The position numbers were made by a program, and so were the translations under genes. Below are positions 40,380-51,100 of a DNA stretch of 64,000 nt, one piece after another; positions within the stretch are counted from its first letter, which is position 1; each line of letters opens with the position of its first letter. Under the pieces are notes generated by a model that saw only the letters and a list, made by a program, of their open reading frames with translations, was not told where the DNA came from and did not search any database. The DNA lies in assembly GCA_964410325.1 (NCBI GenBank), contig CAYPFN010000001.1, forward strand, positions 67,845 through 131,844. The letters run 5' to 3'. Source of the stretch: an uncultured Azospirillaceae bacterium (GTDB taxonomy: Bacteria > Pseudomonadota > Alphaproteobacteria > RF32 > CAG-239).

Positions 40380-40793
40380 TCAGGCAGTTAGTTTAGCAAA
40401 AGAATGAATGGCTTCGCGTTGCATTTCCCGGAGTTTGTCTTCGCCGAGAGTTTCTTTTAATTTTTCCAGATATTTTTGCATTTCTTCTTCATAAGTGTCG
40501 CTACCGGGAATTTCATCGACGATGCGCACCGAAATATCATAAGCCTGCGTAATTTCATCGTTAAATTCTTCAGTAATCGTGACATATTTGCTTTTCAGGA
40601 TTTTTTTGCGAATGACGGGTGCAATTTTGCTTAATAAGTAAAACTGTTTATCATTGCGGTTAAAAATAATCTGATTGCGGCCGTCGTAGATAACTTCGCC
40701 ACGAAAGACATGATCTGCGTTCATTTCAATTTTGATAATCACGCCGATTTTATCAAAGAAAAAACTTGCCGGCAGAGGTGTAATCTCTTCCAT
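40380..40793 (-). CDS. Hypothetical protein, 137 aa
   Basis: ORF only. Confidence 0.35.
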   Translation of the reverse strand: MEEITPLPASFFFDKIGVIIKIEMNADHVFRGEVIYDGRNQIIFNRNDKQFYLLSKIAPVIRKKILKSKYVTITEEFNDEITQAYDISVRIVDEIPGSDTYEEEMQKYLEKLKETLGEDKLREMQREAIHSFAKLTA

Positions 40794-40802
40794 CTTATTC
40801 TC

Positions 40803-40976
40803 CTATTCCCGGGAATTGCCTTTGCTGTTGAACAGGCCTTCTTTTGCTTCTGCTGCTTTAGAAACAAAAAAAGCGGCCAAATCAAAACTTAAAAATTTGA
40901 AAATGCTTAAAATAAAACTTAACCGGCCGCCGACGGCTGCTTTGCTTAATGGTTTTACAAGCGGGGCTTTTGACAT
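40803..40976 (-). CDS. Possible small membrane protein (57 aa)
   Basis: ATG preceded by GAAAGGG; hydrophobic core LSFILSIFKFLSFDLAAFFV. The 95-aa version in the ORF table starts further upstream. Confidence 0.25.
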   Translation of the reverse strand: MSKAPLVKPLSKAAVGGRLSFILSIFKFLSFDLAAFFVSKAAEAKEGLFNSKGNSRE

Positions 40977-41130
40977 TTTGAGACCCTTTCTTTTGTTGAT
41001 AAAAACTTTTGATTTTAGATTTATATTAAAGATTAAACTGTATAATTGCAATATCTTTTTTTTGTTGGTAAGGCTGATAAACGATTGCATATGGTTTGCA
41101 ACCGGTTACAATGCCCTAAAAGAGGATAAA

Positions 41131-42429
41131 ATGAGCGAGATTATTGAATACAGCGTCAGCGAAATTTCTTTTGCAGTTAGGCAATGTGTTGAAAATGCTT
41201 TCGGCCAGGTGCGGGTTAAAGGGGAAATTTTTGGTGCTAAAAAGGCAGATTCCGGTCATTGGTATTTATCCTTGAAAGATGAAAATGCTGTGTTGTCTGC
41301 TGTGTGTTGGCGCGGGGTTGCCGCTGCGCTTCCAGTTAAAATCGAAGATGGGCTGGAGGTTGTGGCAACTGGAAAAATAACGACTTTTGCCGGTCGTTCG
41401 TCTTATCAGCTGGTGATTGACTATTTGGAAATTGCCGGCACCGGTGCTTTGCTTAAATTATTGGAAGAGCGGCGTCAGCAGTTTTTAAAAGAAGGGTTGT
41501 TTGATGCGGCACATAAACAGAAAATTCCGTATCTGCCGACGGTTGTTGGTGTGGTAACAAGCGCCAGTGGCGCTGTTATCCGTGATATTATCCACCGGGT
41601 ACGCGACCGTTTCCCGACACGGATTATTGTCTGGCCGACACCGGTGCAGGGCGATGGTGCGGCCGAAAAAATAGCCGCTGCCATTAATGGTTTTAACGCC
41701 CTGCCGGAAAATGGTGCTGTTCCTAAGCCCGATGTTCTGATTGTGGCGCGTGGTGGCGGAAGTTTGGAAGATTTGTGGGCGTTTAACGAGGAAGTTGTTG
41801 TCCGTGCCGTTTATAACTCAAAAATTCCCCTGATTTCTGCGGTTGGCCATGAAACTGATACCATGCTGATTGATTTTGTTGCTGATGTGCGGGCGCCGAC
41901 CCCGACTGGGGCAGCGGAATTTGCCGTGCCGGTTAAAAGCGAACTTCTTTTACAGCTTTCTGCTTTGGATAATCGGCGTTTACAAGCGATGAACCGTTTG
42001 TTGAACGAGGATATGCAGATTTTGGAAGCTTTATGCCGCGGCATACCTAATTTGAAACAAATCGTGCTGGATAATCAGCAAAAACTTGATGAACGTCTGG
42101 AACGTTTGAAACAAGCCATTAAAAACTATTTTGCCAGTAAAGGTCAGGAATTGGATTTGCCGGGTTTAAAGCCTTATCATATTAAAAATCTTTTGGAAAA
42201 ATATGAGATAACTTTGAAAAGTTTGTCAATGCGGCTGGAAAGTGTTTCGGTCGAATCGGTTTTAAAGCGTGGTTTTGCGTGGGTAACGGACAAGCATTTT
42301 AAAACTTTGTATAATGCAACGCAGGCAAAACGCAGCGAGGAACTTAATGTGCGCTTTGCCGATGGTATCGTCAAAACAAAAGTTGTGGAGAATCGCGATG
42401 CGGAACAGTTTGATTTATTTGACCTGTAA
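41131..42429 (+). CDS. xseA: Exodeoxyribonuclease VII large subunit
   Basis: MSEIIEYSVSEISF...OB-fold N-terminus, GVVTSASGAVIRDI, ARGGGSLEDLWAFNEE; ATG at 41131 with an AAGAGGA sequence. Confidence 0.85.
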   Translation: MSEIIEYSVSEISFAVRQCVENAFGQVRVKGEIFGAKKADSGHWYLSLKDENAVLSAVCWRGVAAALPVKIEDGLEVVATGKITTFAGRSSYQLVIDYLEIAGTGALLKLLEERRQQFLKEGLFDAAHKQKIPYLPTVVGVVTSASGAVIRDIIHRVRDRFPTRIIVWPTPVQGDGAAEKIAAAINGFNALPENGAVPKPDVLIVARGGGSLEDLWAFNEEVVVRAVYNSKIPLISAVGHETDTMLIDFVADVRAPTPTGAAEFAVPVKSELLLQLSALDNRRLQAMNRLLNEDMQILEALCRGIPNLKQIVLDNQQKLDERLERLKQAIKNYFASKGQELDLPGLKPYHIKNLLEKYEITLKSLSMRLESVSVESVLKRGFAWVTDKHFKTLYNATQAKRSEELNVRFADGIVKTKVVENRDAEQFDLFDL

Positions 42430-43261
42430 TTTGTTTTGGTTGTTGGTCGGTTTTGATGTCTGTGCGCTGGAATTGTGCGGAAATTTAAAGCAGGGTGAGC
42501 CGGTTTCTGGTTATGCGCCGAAGGCGACGGAAGTTGTAGTTAATGATGTTGCTTATAAAGTTGATAAAGATGGAAGATTTTTGTTTTCGTTGGCCAGAGA
42601 TGCAGATGAAACTGCAAAAATAAGCGTGGTTTATCACGATGATGCGGTTGATAATTATATTTTGCCGGTGGCGTCTGCAAAGTGGGATATTCAACAGATT
42701 GAGGGCGTTGAACAGTGTAAAGTTACACCAGTTAAAGAAGATGAAGCTGAAATCCTGCGCGAGCAGAAAGATGTACGGAAAGCGCTTTCGGTTGTTGATA
42801 ATGGTAACATTAGTTGGCAGAAAGGTTTTATTTTGCCTGTGGAGGGCATTATTAGCGGACATTTCGGCAATCAGCGGATTTTTAATGGCGTGCCGAAAAA
42901 TCCGCACAGTGGTACGGATATTGCCGTTGCGGAAGGAACACCGGTGAAAGCAGCTGGAGATGGTATTGTCATACTCAGTGGAGGTAATTATTTTTATTCC
43001 GGCAATATGGTGATTATAGACCATGGTTATGGTTTGCAGACCATTTATATGCATCTTAAAGAAGCTAAAGTCGCCAAAGGAGATTATGTTAAAAAAGGCG
43101 AGGTTATCGGTTTGGCAGGCAAAACCGGACGGGCAACGGGGGCGCATCTGCATTGGGGTGCATCTCTTCATAATATTCGTTTTCGGCCGCATGCCTTGCT
43201 GGAAATGGAAGAATGGACGTGTCGGGAGTATGTTCCCGAGGGTGAGGAGATTTTGCCTTGA
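42398..43261 (+). CDS. M23-family metallopeptidase (LytM domain), secreted
   Basis: HSGTDIA...GNMVIIDHGYGLQTIYMHL...GATGAHLHW zinc-binding motifs; signal peptide from the ATG at 42398. Confidence 0.75.
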   Translation: MRNSLIYLTCNLFWLLVGFDVCALELCGNLKQGEPVSGYAPKATEVVVNDVAYKVDKDGRFLFSLARDADETAKISVVYHDDAVDNYILPVASAKWDIQQIEGVEQCKVTPVKEDEAEILREQKDVRKALSVVDNGNISWQKGFILPVEGIISGHFGNQRIFNGVPKNPHSGTDIAVAEGTPVKAAGDGIVILSGGNYFYSGNMVIIDHGYGLQTIYMHLKEAKVAKGDYVKKGEVIGLAGKTGRATGAHLHWGASLHNIRFRPHALLEMEEWTCREYVPEGEEILP

Positions 43262-44067
43262 GTACTTTACAACTTATCTGGCTGGCAGTTGTTCAAGGGT
43301 TGACGGAGTTTTTACCTGTGAGCTCTTCCGGACATTTGATTTTATTTGCTGAATTTACCAGTTTTCCCGATCAAGGTGTGGCAGTGGATATAGCTTTGCA
43401 TATTGGTTCATTGTTTGCTGTGCTGATTTATTTTCATAAAACTGTTTGGGAGATGATTTACGGCGTTATTAAAAATAAATTTTTGCCGAGTTTTGCAGAT
43501 TCAGGAAATCGTTTGGCATATCTGATTTTAATTGCTTCAATACCGTCGTTGGCGGTGGGTTTTTGTTTGCGCAACTATGGTATGGAATGGTTGCGTAATC
43601 CTAAAATTATTGGTTGGACGATTTTGTTATACGGCCTGTTGTTATATGCTGCCGACCGTTGCGGAAAAGTAGAACGAACAACGGCGGATTTGAAGATAAT
43701 GGATGCCGTTTTAATCGGTTTGGCGCAGTGTCTGGCGCTTATTCCCGGCACCAGCCGTTCTGGCGTGACAATTACCATGGCGCGTTTTTTGGGTGTGAAT
43801 CGCAGCGAGGCGGCAAAATTTTCCATGCTGCTGTCGGTGCCGACAATTCTGGCAGCTGGTGCATTAGAGTGTTTCAGATTGTTCCGGAACGGTAATCCAA
43901 GTGAAATTTTGTGGGTCGGTGACGCGACTTTATATTCTTTTGTAGCGTCAATGGTCGTGATTTTTATTATGTTGAAATGGTTGCAGAAAGCAACTTATTT
44001 TCCTTTTGTTGTTTATAGAATTGTGCTGGGAATCGCCTTGATTTTGTACTCTTATGAAATTTTTTAA
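43258..44067 (+). CDS. uppP: Undecaprenyl-diphosphate phosphatase
   Basis: GLTEFLPVSSSGH motif, 8 TM helices, 269 aa; apparent TTG start overlapping the upstream stop. Confidence 0.8.
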   Translation: MSTLQLIWLAVVQGLTEFLPVSSSGHLILFAEFTSFPDQGVAVDIALHIGSLFAVLIYFHKTVWEMIYGVIKNKFLPSFADSGNRLAYLILIASIPSLAVGFCLRNYGMEWLRNPKIIGWTILLYGLLLYAADRCGKVERTTADLKIMDAVLIGLAQCLALIPGTSRSGVTITMARFLGVNRSEAAKFSMLLSVPTILAAGALECFRLFRNGNPSEILWVGDATLYSFVASMVVIFIMLKWLQKATYFPFVVYRIVLGIALILYSYEIF

Positions 44068-44115
44068 AAGAAAGTATTGACTTCTTAAGAAAAAGTTTTT
44101 ATTAAAAAAAGCAAT

Positions 44116-44202
44116 GCTCTGATGGCGGAATTGGTAGACGCGTAAGTTTCAGGTACTTATGGGAGATTTCCCGTGAAGGTTCAAGTCCTTTTCAGAGCAC
44201 CA
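44116..44202 (+). tRNA. tRNA-Leu (anticodon CAG)
   Basis: Acceptor GCTCTGA/TCAGAGC, anticodon loop TTCAGGT, long variable arm, T-arm GAAGG-TTCAAGT-CCTTT, 3' CCA. Confidence 0.85.
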
Positions 44203-44204
44203 AA

Positions 44205-44232
44205 AAGCTCCTGGAAGGGAGTTTTTTTTTAT
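44205..44232 (+). terminator. Intrinsic terminator after tRNA-Leu
   Basis: GCTCC-TGGAA-GGGAG hairpin followed by T9. Confidence 0.6.
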
Positions 44233-44352
44233 AAGGATTTAAAGGCACCGATTTTTTATGTATGTGAAATGGTAAAGCTTTTAAATCTACACTCAATTTT
44301 AACTCTTCGGCTTTATAATTGCATCAAATATTGACTATAGAGGTGATAAAAG

Positions 44353-45912
44353 ATGACTAAAGAACAGGAAAGAGCGGAATTACACCGGGTTATCTGGCAA
44401 ATTGCCAATGATTTGCGGGGCAGCGTGGACGGCTGGGATTTCAAATCCTACGTGTTGGGGATTTTGTTCTATCGTTTTATCTCTGAAAATATTACCGCCT
44501 ATATCAATAAATTACAGCGGGAAAGCGGCGTCGCCGACTATGACTACACCCAGGAAACGGACGAAAACGCGGAAACAGCCAGAGAATACGCTGTTTCCAC
44601 CAAAGGTTTTTTTATTTTGCCCAGCGCGTTGTTTCAAAATGTGCAGAAAGAAGCCAGGAATAACCCCAATCTGAACGAAACCTTGAGCAAGGCGTTTCGT
44701 GATATTGAGGCCTCAGCTCAGGGGACAGCCAGCGAAGACGATTTTAAGGGGCTGTTTGCCGATATTGATGTCAACAGCAACAAACTGGGGTCTACAGTTC
44801 AACAAAGAAACGAAAAACTGGTTAAGATTCTGACTGCCATCAAAGAGCTGAAACTTGGTAATTTTACCGACAACAGCATAGATGCCTTTGGCGACGCCTA
44901 TGAGTACTTAATGACAATGTACGCCAGTAGCGCGGGAAAATCCGGTGGCGAGTTTTTCACCCCGCAGGAGGTTGCTGAGCTTTTGGCAAAGATAACCCTG
45001 GTTGGCAAAACATCGGTCAACAAGGTTTACGATCCCGCCTGCGGCTCGGGTTCGTTATTGCTGAAATTTGCCAAAATTCTGGGGCAGGAAAATGTTAAAA
45101 ACGGATTTTATGGGCAGGAAATCAACATCACAACCTATAATCTCTGTCGCATCAACATGTTCCTGCATAATATCAATTACGAAAAGTTTGACATTGCTCT
45201 TGGTGACACGCTGACAGACCCCAAACATTGGGATGATGAGCCGTTTGAGGCGATAGTTTCCAATCCGCCTTATGCGCTCCATTGGGCGGGAGACAGCAAT
45301 CCAATTTTAATCAACGACCCGCGATATTCTCCGGCGGGGGTTCTGGCACCGCGAAGCAAGGCTGATTTGGCTTTTACCATGCATATGCTTCACTGGCTGG
45401 CGGAGGATGGAACAGCGGCAATCGTAGAATTTCCCGGAGTGTTATACCGTGGCGGAGCGGAACAGAAAATCCGCAAATATCTGATTGATAACAATTTTGT
45501 TGATTGTGTGATTCAACTCCCCGCCAACCTGTTTTTTGGTGTCAGCATTGCAACCTGCATCATTGTGTTGAAAAAGAGCAAGAAAGACAATGCTGTCCTG
45601 TTCATTGACGCTGGTAACGAGTTTGTCCATTCAGGCAACAAAAACAAACTTTCCGATGACAATATCGCCAGGATTTTGGACGCTTATGTTAAAAGGGAAG
45701 ATATTGAGCACTTCTCAAAACTGGTTAAAAACGACAAAATCGGCGAGAACGATTACAACATCTCGGTTTCTTCTTATGTTGAACAGAAAGATACACGTGA
45801 GAAAATTGACATCAGGGTTTTGAACCAGCAAATCGGGGAGATTGTCATCAGACAGAATGAGCTACGCCAGCAAATAGACGCCATCGTTGCCAATTTGGAA
45901 GGAGTGGCGTAA
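44353..45912 (+). CDS. hsdM: Type I restriction-modification system methyltransferase subunit HsdM
   Basis: 519 aa; N6-adenine MTase motifs (DPACGSGSLL motif I, NPPY motif IV as SNPPYA), HsdM N-terminal domain. Confidence 0.9.
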   Translation: MTKEQERAELHRVIWQIANDLRGSVDGWDFKSYVLGILFYRFISENITAYINKLQRESGVADYDYTQETDENAETAREYAVSTKGFFILPSALFQNVQKEARNNPNLNETLSKAFRDIEASAQGTASEDDFKGLFADIDVNSNKLGSTVQQRNEKLVKILTAIKELKLGNFTDNSIDAFGDAYEYLMTMYASSAGKSGGEFFTPQEVAELLAKITLVGKTSVNKVYDPACGSGSLLLKFAKILGQENVKNGFYGQEINITTYNLCRINMFLHNINYEKFDIALGDTLTDPKHWDDEPFEAIVSNPPYALHWAGDSNPILINDPRYSPAGVLAPRSKADLAFTMHMLHWLAEDGTAAIVEFPGVLYRGGAEQKIRKYLIDNNFVDCVIQLPANLFFGVSIATCIIVLKKSKKDNAVLFIDAGNEFVHSGNKNKLSDDNIARILDAYVKREDIEHFSKLVKNDKIGENDYNISVSSYVEQKDTREKIDIRVLNQQIGEIVIRQNELRQQIDAIVANLEGVA

Positions 45913-45913
45913 A

Positions 45914-46951
45914 ATGGCAAATAGACTTAATTTTTTAATATATAACACCCCTGATAGTGATGTGAAGGTAAATGCCGTTATCAAAGATGATACCATATGG
46001 CTCACACAAAAATCTATGGCAGAATTATTTGGAGTCAAAACACCCGCCATTAGTAAGCATTTAAAAAATATTTTTGAAGAAGGGGAACTTGAAGAACAAG
46101 TGGTTATTTCCAAAATGGAAACAACCACTCAACATGGTGCAATAGCTAACAAAACACAGACTTCTGAAACCAATTTTTACAATCTTGATGCCATTATTTC
46201 TGTGGGATATCGGGTTAATTCAATCCAAGCTACACATTTCAGAATCTGGGCGACAAAGGTTCTGAAAGAGTACATCCAAAAAGGATTTGTATTGGATGAC
46301 GAAAGATTAAAACAAGGTAAAGACGCGTTTGGAAAAGACTATTTCCGTGAATTATTGGAGAGAGTTCGTTCCATTAGAGCATCTGAACGTCGCATTTATC
46401 AACAAATCACTGATATTTTTGCAGAATGTTCTATTGATTACGATAAAAATTCACAAATAACACAAGATTTTTATGCAACGGTACAAAATAAGTTTCATTA
46501 TGCCATTACAGGGCAGACAGCTGCTGAAATTATTTATACAAAGGCAGACCATAATAAAGAACACATGGGATTGACCACGTGGAAACACTCACCTGATGGC
46601 AGAATTTTAAAATCAGATGTATCTATTGCAAAAAACTATTTAACCGAGAAGGAAATCAAGCGTTTAGAACGAACTGTTTCAGGATACTTTGATTATATTG
46701 AAGACTTAATTGAACGCGAGAATACTTTCACAATGCAAGAATTTGCCAAAAGTGTTAATGAGTTTTTATCATTCCGCAGGTATGACATTCTTCCCGATGG
46801 CGATAAAGGTAAGATTTCGCAAAAACAAGCAAAAATTAAGGCAGAAAAAGAGTATGATGTATTTAATAAAACCCAGCAAATAGAATCTGACTTTGATAAA
46901 GAAGTGAAAAAATTGCTGCAACAAGGGAAAAAAGATGATGAGCAAGATTGA
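45914..46951 (+). CDS. rhuM: RhuM-family protein embedded in the Type I R-M operon
   Basis: LDAIISVGYRVNSIQATHFRIWATKVLKEYIQKGFVLDDERLKQG is the RhuM family core; ATG 1 nt after the hsdM stop; overlaps the hsdS start. Confidence 0.75.
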   Translation: MANRLNFLIYNTPDSDVKVNAVIKDDTIWLTQKSMAELFGVKTPAISKHLKNIFEEGELEEQVVISKMETTTQHGAIANKTQTSETNFYNLDAIISVGYRVNSIQATHFRIWATKVLKEYIQKGFVLDDERLKQGKDAFGKDYFRELLERVRSIRASERRIYQQITDIFAECSIDYDKNSQITQDFYATVQNKFHYAITGQTAAEIIYTKADHNKEHMGLTTWKHSPDGRILKSDVSIAKNYLTEKEIKRLERTVSGYFDYIEDLIERENTFTMQEFAKSVNEFLSFRRYDILPDGDKGKISQKQAKIKAEKEYDVFNKTQQIESDFDKEVKKLLQQGKKDDEQD

Positions 46952-48167
46952 TGATTTGATAAAGCAACACTGCCCGCACGGCGTGGAGTACAGGGAGCTG
47001 GGGAATATTGTCTTATCTATTCGTAGTGGATTAAACCCAAGACAAAATTTTAAGTTAAATGAGAGTGGAGCAGATTGCTATTATTTAACAGTAAAAGAAA
47101 TGACAACAGGCAAAATTATTTTTACAAATAAGACTGATAAGATAACTAAAAGTGCTGTGAAAATAATTCAAAAAAGGTCTTCCTTAGAACAAGGTGATGT
47201 GTTATTGTCGAGTATAGGAACAATCGGAAAAGTGGCACTGGTAGATATTCCTACTGATAATTGGAATTGTAGTGAAAGCGTAATTTTACTAAAACCAGAT
47301 AATAAAATTATAATTTCAAAATATCTAATGTATGTTTTGCAATCCGATAGAGTACAAAATAGCTTTAATTCATCATCTGTTGGAAGTACCTTAAGGGGTA
47401 TAAGGAGAAATAATTTAATAGAGTTAACAATCCCTGTACCGCCGTTACTGGTACAGGAGGAGATTGTGCGGGTGTTGGATGCTTTCACCGCGCTGGAGGC
47501 GGAGCTGGAGGCGGAGCTGGAGGCGGAGCTGGAGGCGCGCAAGCGTCAATATGAGTATTACCGCAACAAACTGCTCACCTTTGATGAAAATACAACCAGG
47601 GGGGGCATTGAGTGGAAAATGCTATCAGAGGTTTGTATCAGACAGAAAGGAACACCTATCACTGCAACTATAATGAAAAAATTAAACACTCCATATGCTC
47701 CAATAAGAATATTTGCTGGAGGAAATACGTTTGCTGATGTTAATTATGGCGATATCCCCGATAAAGATGTTATAACTAAAACAAGCATTATTGTTAAATC
47801 AAGGGGAAATATAGGTTTTGAATATTACGATAAACCATTTAGCCATAAAAATGAAATGTGGTCCTACTCGTCTGATAATAAAGACATTAATTTGAAGTTT
47901 GTTTATTACTATTTAACAAATAAAATGAATGATTTTCAGCTTAAAGCAAAGACTGGAAAACTTCCCCAAATTTCAACCCCGGATACAGATAAGTTTTTGA
48001 TCCCCATTCCTCCCCTGGAAGAACAGGAAAGAATAGTTGCAATTTTAGACAAGTTTGATAGCCTTGTTAATGATATAACGCAGGGCATACCGGCGGAAAT
48101 CAACGCCCGCCGAAAACAGTATGAGTATTACAGAAATAAACTGCTTACCTTTGATGTGGCCGCCTGA
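46935..48167 (+). CDS. hsdS: Type I R-M specificity subunit HsdS
   Basis: Two target-recognition domains separated and followed by the conserved repeat RKQYEYYRNKLLTFD (present twice); central (LEAE)n coiled-coil spacer. Confidence 0.85.
   Translation: MMSKIDDLIKQHCPHGVEYRELGNIVLSIRSGLNPRQNFKLNESGADCYYLTVKEMTTGKIIFTNKTDKITKSAVKIIQKRSSLEQGDVLLSSIGTIGKVALVDIPTDNWNCSESVILLKPDNKIIISKYLMYVLQSDRVQNSFNSSSVGSTLRGIRRNNLIELTIPVPPLLVQEEIVRVLDAFTALEAELEAELEAELEARKRQYEYYRNKLLTFDENTTRGGIEWKMLSEVCIRQKGTPITATIMKKLNTPYAPIRIFAGGNTFADVNYGDIPDKDVITKTSIIVKSRGNIGFEYYDKPFSHKNEMWSYSSDNKDINLKFVYYYLTNKMNDFQLKAKTGKLPQISTPDTDKFLIPIPPLEEQERIVAILDKFDSLVNDITQGIPAEINARRKQYEYYRNKLLTFDVAA
47493..47540 (+). repeat. 12-bp tandem repeat (CTGGAGGCGGAG x3 plus a degenerate fourth) encoding (LEAE)n in the hsdS central spacer
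   Basis: Read directly from the sequence: ctggaggcggag ctggaggcggag ctggaggcggag ctggaggcgcgc. Confidence 0.9.
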
Positions 48168-48185
48168 ACCAACGGAGTTGATTTA

Positions 48186-51100
48186 ATGAACAAAATTAAC
48201 GTTATCGCCGAAAATCCCGAAAGCACGGTTGTTGCCGAATATCAGGGCATGAAAACCAAACAGACCGAATATCAGTCCGAGGCGGATCTTGAAAAAGCGT
48301 TCATTAAGCAACTGCAAAACCAGGCGTATGATTATTTGCCGATACATTCCGAAAAAGACCTGATTGACAACCTGCGCCGCCAGCTGGAGAAACTGAACGA
48401 TTATCATTTCACCGACAGGGAATGGGACAGATTCTTCAAACAGGAAATCGCCAACCCCAATTATGGCATCAAGGAAAAAACCAGGATAATCCAGGAAGAT
48501 TACAAAAAAGTTCTCGATTATGAAAAGCCCGTTGATAATTATCATTTTCGCAACATCCTGCTGATAGACAAAGACAACATCCACAACAACACTTTGCAGG
48601 TTATCAATCAGTATGAAACAGACGAAGGCGCGAGAGCAAACCGCTATGACGCAACCATTCTGGTCAACGGTCTGCCTCTGGTGCATATAGAGCTCAAACG
48701 TCGCGGCGTTGACATCAAAGACGCCTTTAACCAGATTAACCGCTATCAGAACGACAGTTTTTGGGCGGGAAGCGGTTTATATGAGTTTGTGCAGATTTTT
48801 GTCATCTCAAACGGCACCTACACCAAATATTACAGCAATACCACCCGCCAGTCGCATATCGGCGAAAACACAGGCACATCTTCAAAAAAGGGGAAAAAGA
48901 CCAGCAACAGCTTTGAATTTACCTCCTGGTGGGCAGACAGAAAAAACAAACCGATTATTGATTTGATTGATTTTGCCAAAACTTTTTTTGCCAGACACAC
49001 AATTTTGAACATTTTAACCAGATATTGCGTTTTTACCTCTGATGAAATGCTGATGGTTATGCGCCCTTATCAGATTGTGGCAACCGAAAGCATTATCAAC
49101 AAAATCAATATCGCAAGCAATTATAAACAATATGGCACGATTGACGGCGGGGGATACATCTGGCACACCACAGGCAGCGGCAAAACCCTGTCCTCTTTCA
49201 AAACGGCGCGGATTGCCTCAAATTTGCCGAATATTGACAAGGTTTTGTTTGTGGTGGACAGGAAAGACCTTGACTACCAGACAATGAAAGAATATGACAA
49301 GTTTGAAAAAGGGGCCGCCAACAGCAACACCAGTACGGCCGTTTTGAAAAAACAGCTTGAAGACAATAATGCCCGCATTATTATCACCACAATTCAAAAA
49401 CTGACCTGTTTTATCAAGAAAAATAAAGAACATCCCGTTTATAACAAGCATGTTGTGATTATTTTTGATGAATGTCACCGCAGCCAGTTCGGTGAGATGC
49501 ACCAGGCTATTACCAAAACTTTCAGAAAATATCATCTGTTTGGTTTCACAGGCACACCGATATTTGCCGAAAACGCCAACACGGGCTGCAAATCTGACCT
49601 GAAAACAACGGCGCAGTTGTTTGGCGAGCAGTTGCACACATACACAATTGTCGATGCGATTGCCGATAAAAATGTTTTGCCGTTCCGTATTGACTACATC
49701 AGTACAATGAAAGAGCAGGAAAATATTAAAGATTCAAAGGTCTGGGATATTAACCGCGAAAAGGCTCTTGCTGCTCCGGAGAGAATCTCCCGCATTGTTT
49801 CTTATATTCTGGAACATTTTAACCAGAAAACCATGCGCAACGACAGGTCTTACTGCTACAACATTCTGACCAATGTCACCGAGGTTGCCAAAGCGAAAAA
49901 CCGCAAGGACATTGAAGAAATCAAACAAAAAGTCCGGCTGACAGGGTTTAATTCCATCTTTGCCGTTTCCTCCATTCCGTTTGCCAAACTCTATTATGAA
50001 GAATTTCAAAAACAAATGGCGGAAAATCCCCTGCAAAAACTCAAAATTGCAACCATTTTCAGTTTTGGGGTAAACGGCGATGACAATTCCGACGACGGCG
50101 TGTTTGATGAAAATCCGGAAGATACCGGCGGATTGGATAAAAGCGACAGAGATTTTCTGGAAAGCGCGATTGGCGACTATAACAAAATGTTCGGAACATC
50201 TTATGACACGTCAGGCGACAAGTTCCAGAACTATTACAAAGACGTATCCATGCGGATGAAAAACCGCGAAATAGACCTCCTGATTGTCGTCAATATGTTC
50301 TTAACCGGCTTTGACGCCACAACCTTAAACACGTTGTGGGTGGATAAAAATTTAAAAATGCAGGGACTGTTGCAGGCTTTTTCCCGCACCAATCGTATTT
50401 TAAACGCCGTTAAGGCCTTTGGCAATATTGTATGTTTCCGCAATCTGGAAGAGGCGACCAACAAAAGCCTCGCCCTGTTTGGTGATAAAAAGGCCGGTGG
50501 TATCGTGTTGCTCAAAACCTTTGCCGAATATTACAACGGCTATATTGATGACAAAGGCAAATCTGTCAAAGGCTATAAAGAGCTTATTGGAGAGCTGGAA
50601 GAGAAATATCCCGCCGGCGAGCTTATCGTCAGCGAAAAGGAAAAGCGGGATTTTGTAAAGCTCTATGGTGCAATTCTGCGGTTGAAAAACATTCTGTCCT
50701 CATTTGATGAATTTGCAGGAAAGGAAATTTTAACCGAGCGGGATGTTCAGGACTATCACAGCCAATATTTAAGAATTTATGATGAACTGCGTCCGCAGGG
50801 CAAAGAAAAAGACAATGTAAATGATGACCTTGTTTTTGAAATTGAGCTGATTAAACAGGTTGAAATTAATATTGATTATATTTTGATGCTGATTAAAAAA
50901 TATCACGATGGTCATATGGAAGACAAGGAAATAAAAGTCAGCATTTTGAAATCTGTTGACTCCAGCATTGAACTGCGCAGTAAAAAAGACCTTATTGAAA
51001 ACTTCATTAATTCACTCACGCCAGGTAGCAATATTGATGCAGATTGGAAGAAATATGTTCATGAACAGAAAATAACAGAGCTGGATAAAATCATTGAAGA

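Noticed and set aside
42485-43192. 235-aa minus-strand ORF
   Set aside because: Lies entirely antisense to the M23 peptidase gene, which carries clear catalytic motifs.
48183-48686. 167-aa minus-strand ORF
   Set aside because: Antisense to the 5' end of hsdR; no motifs.
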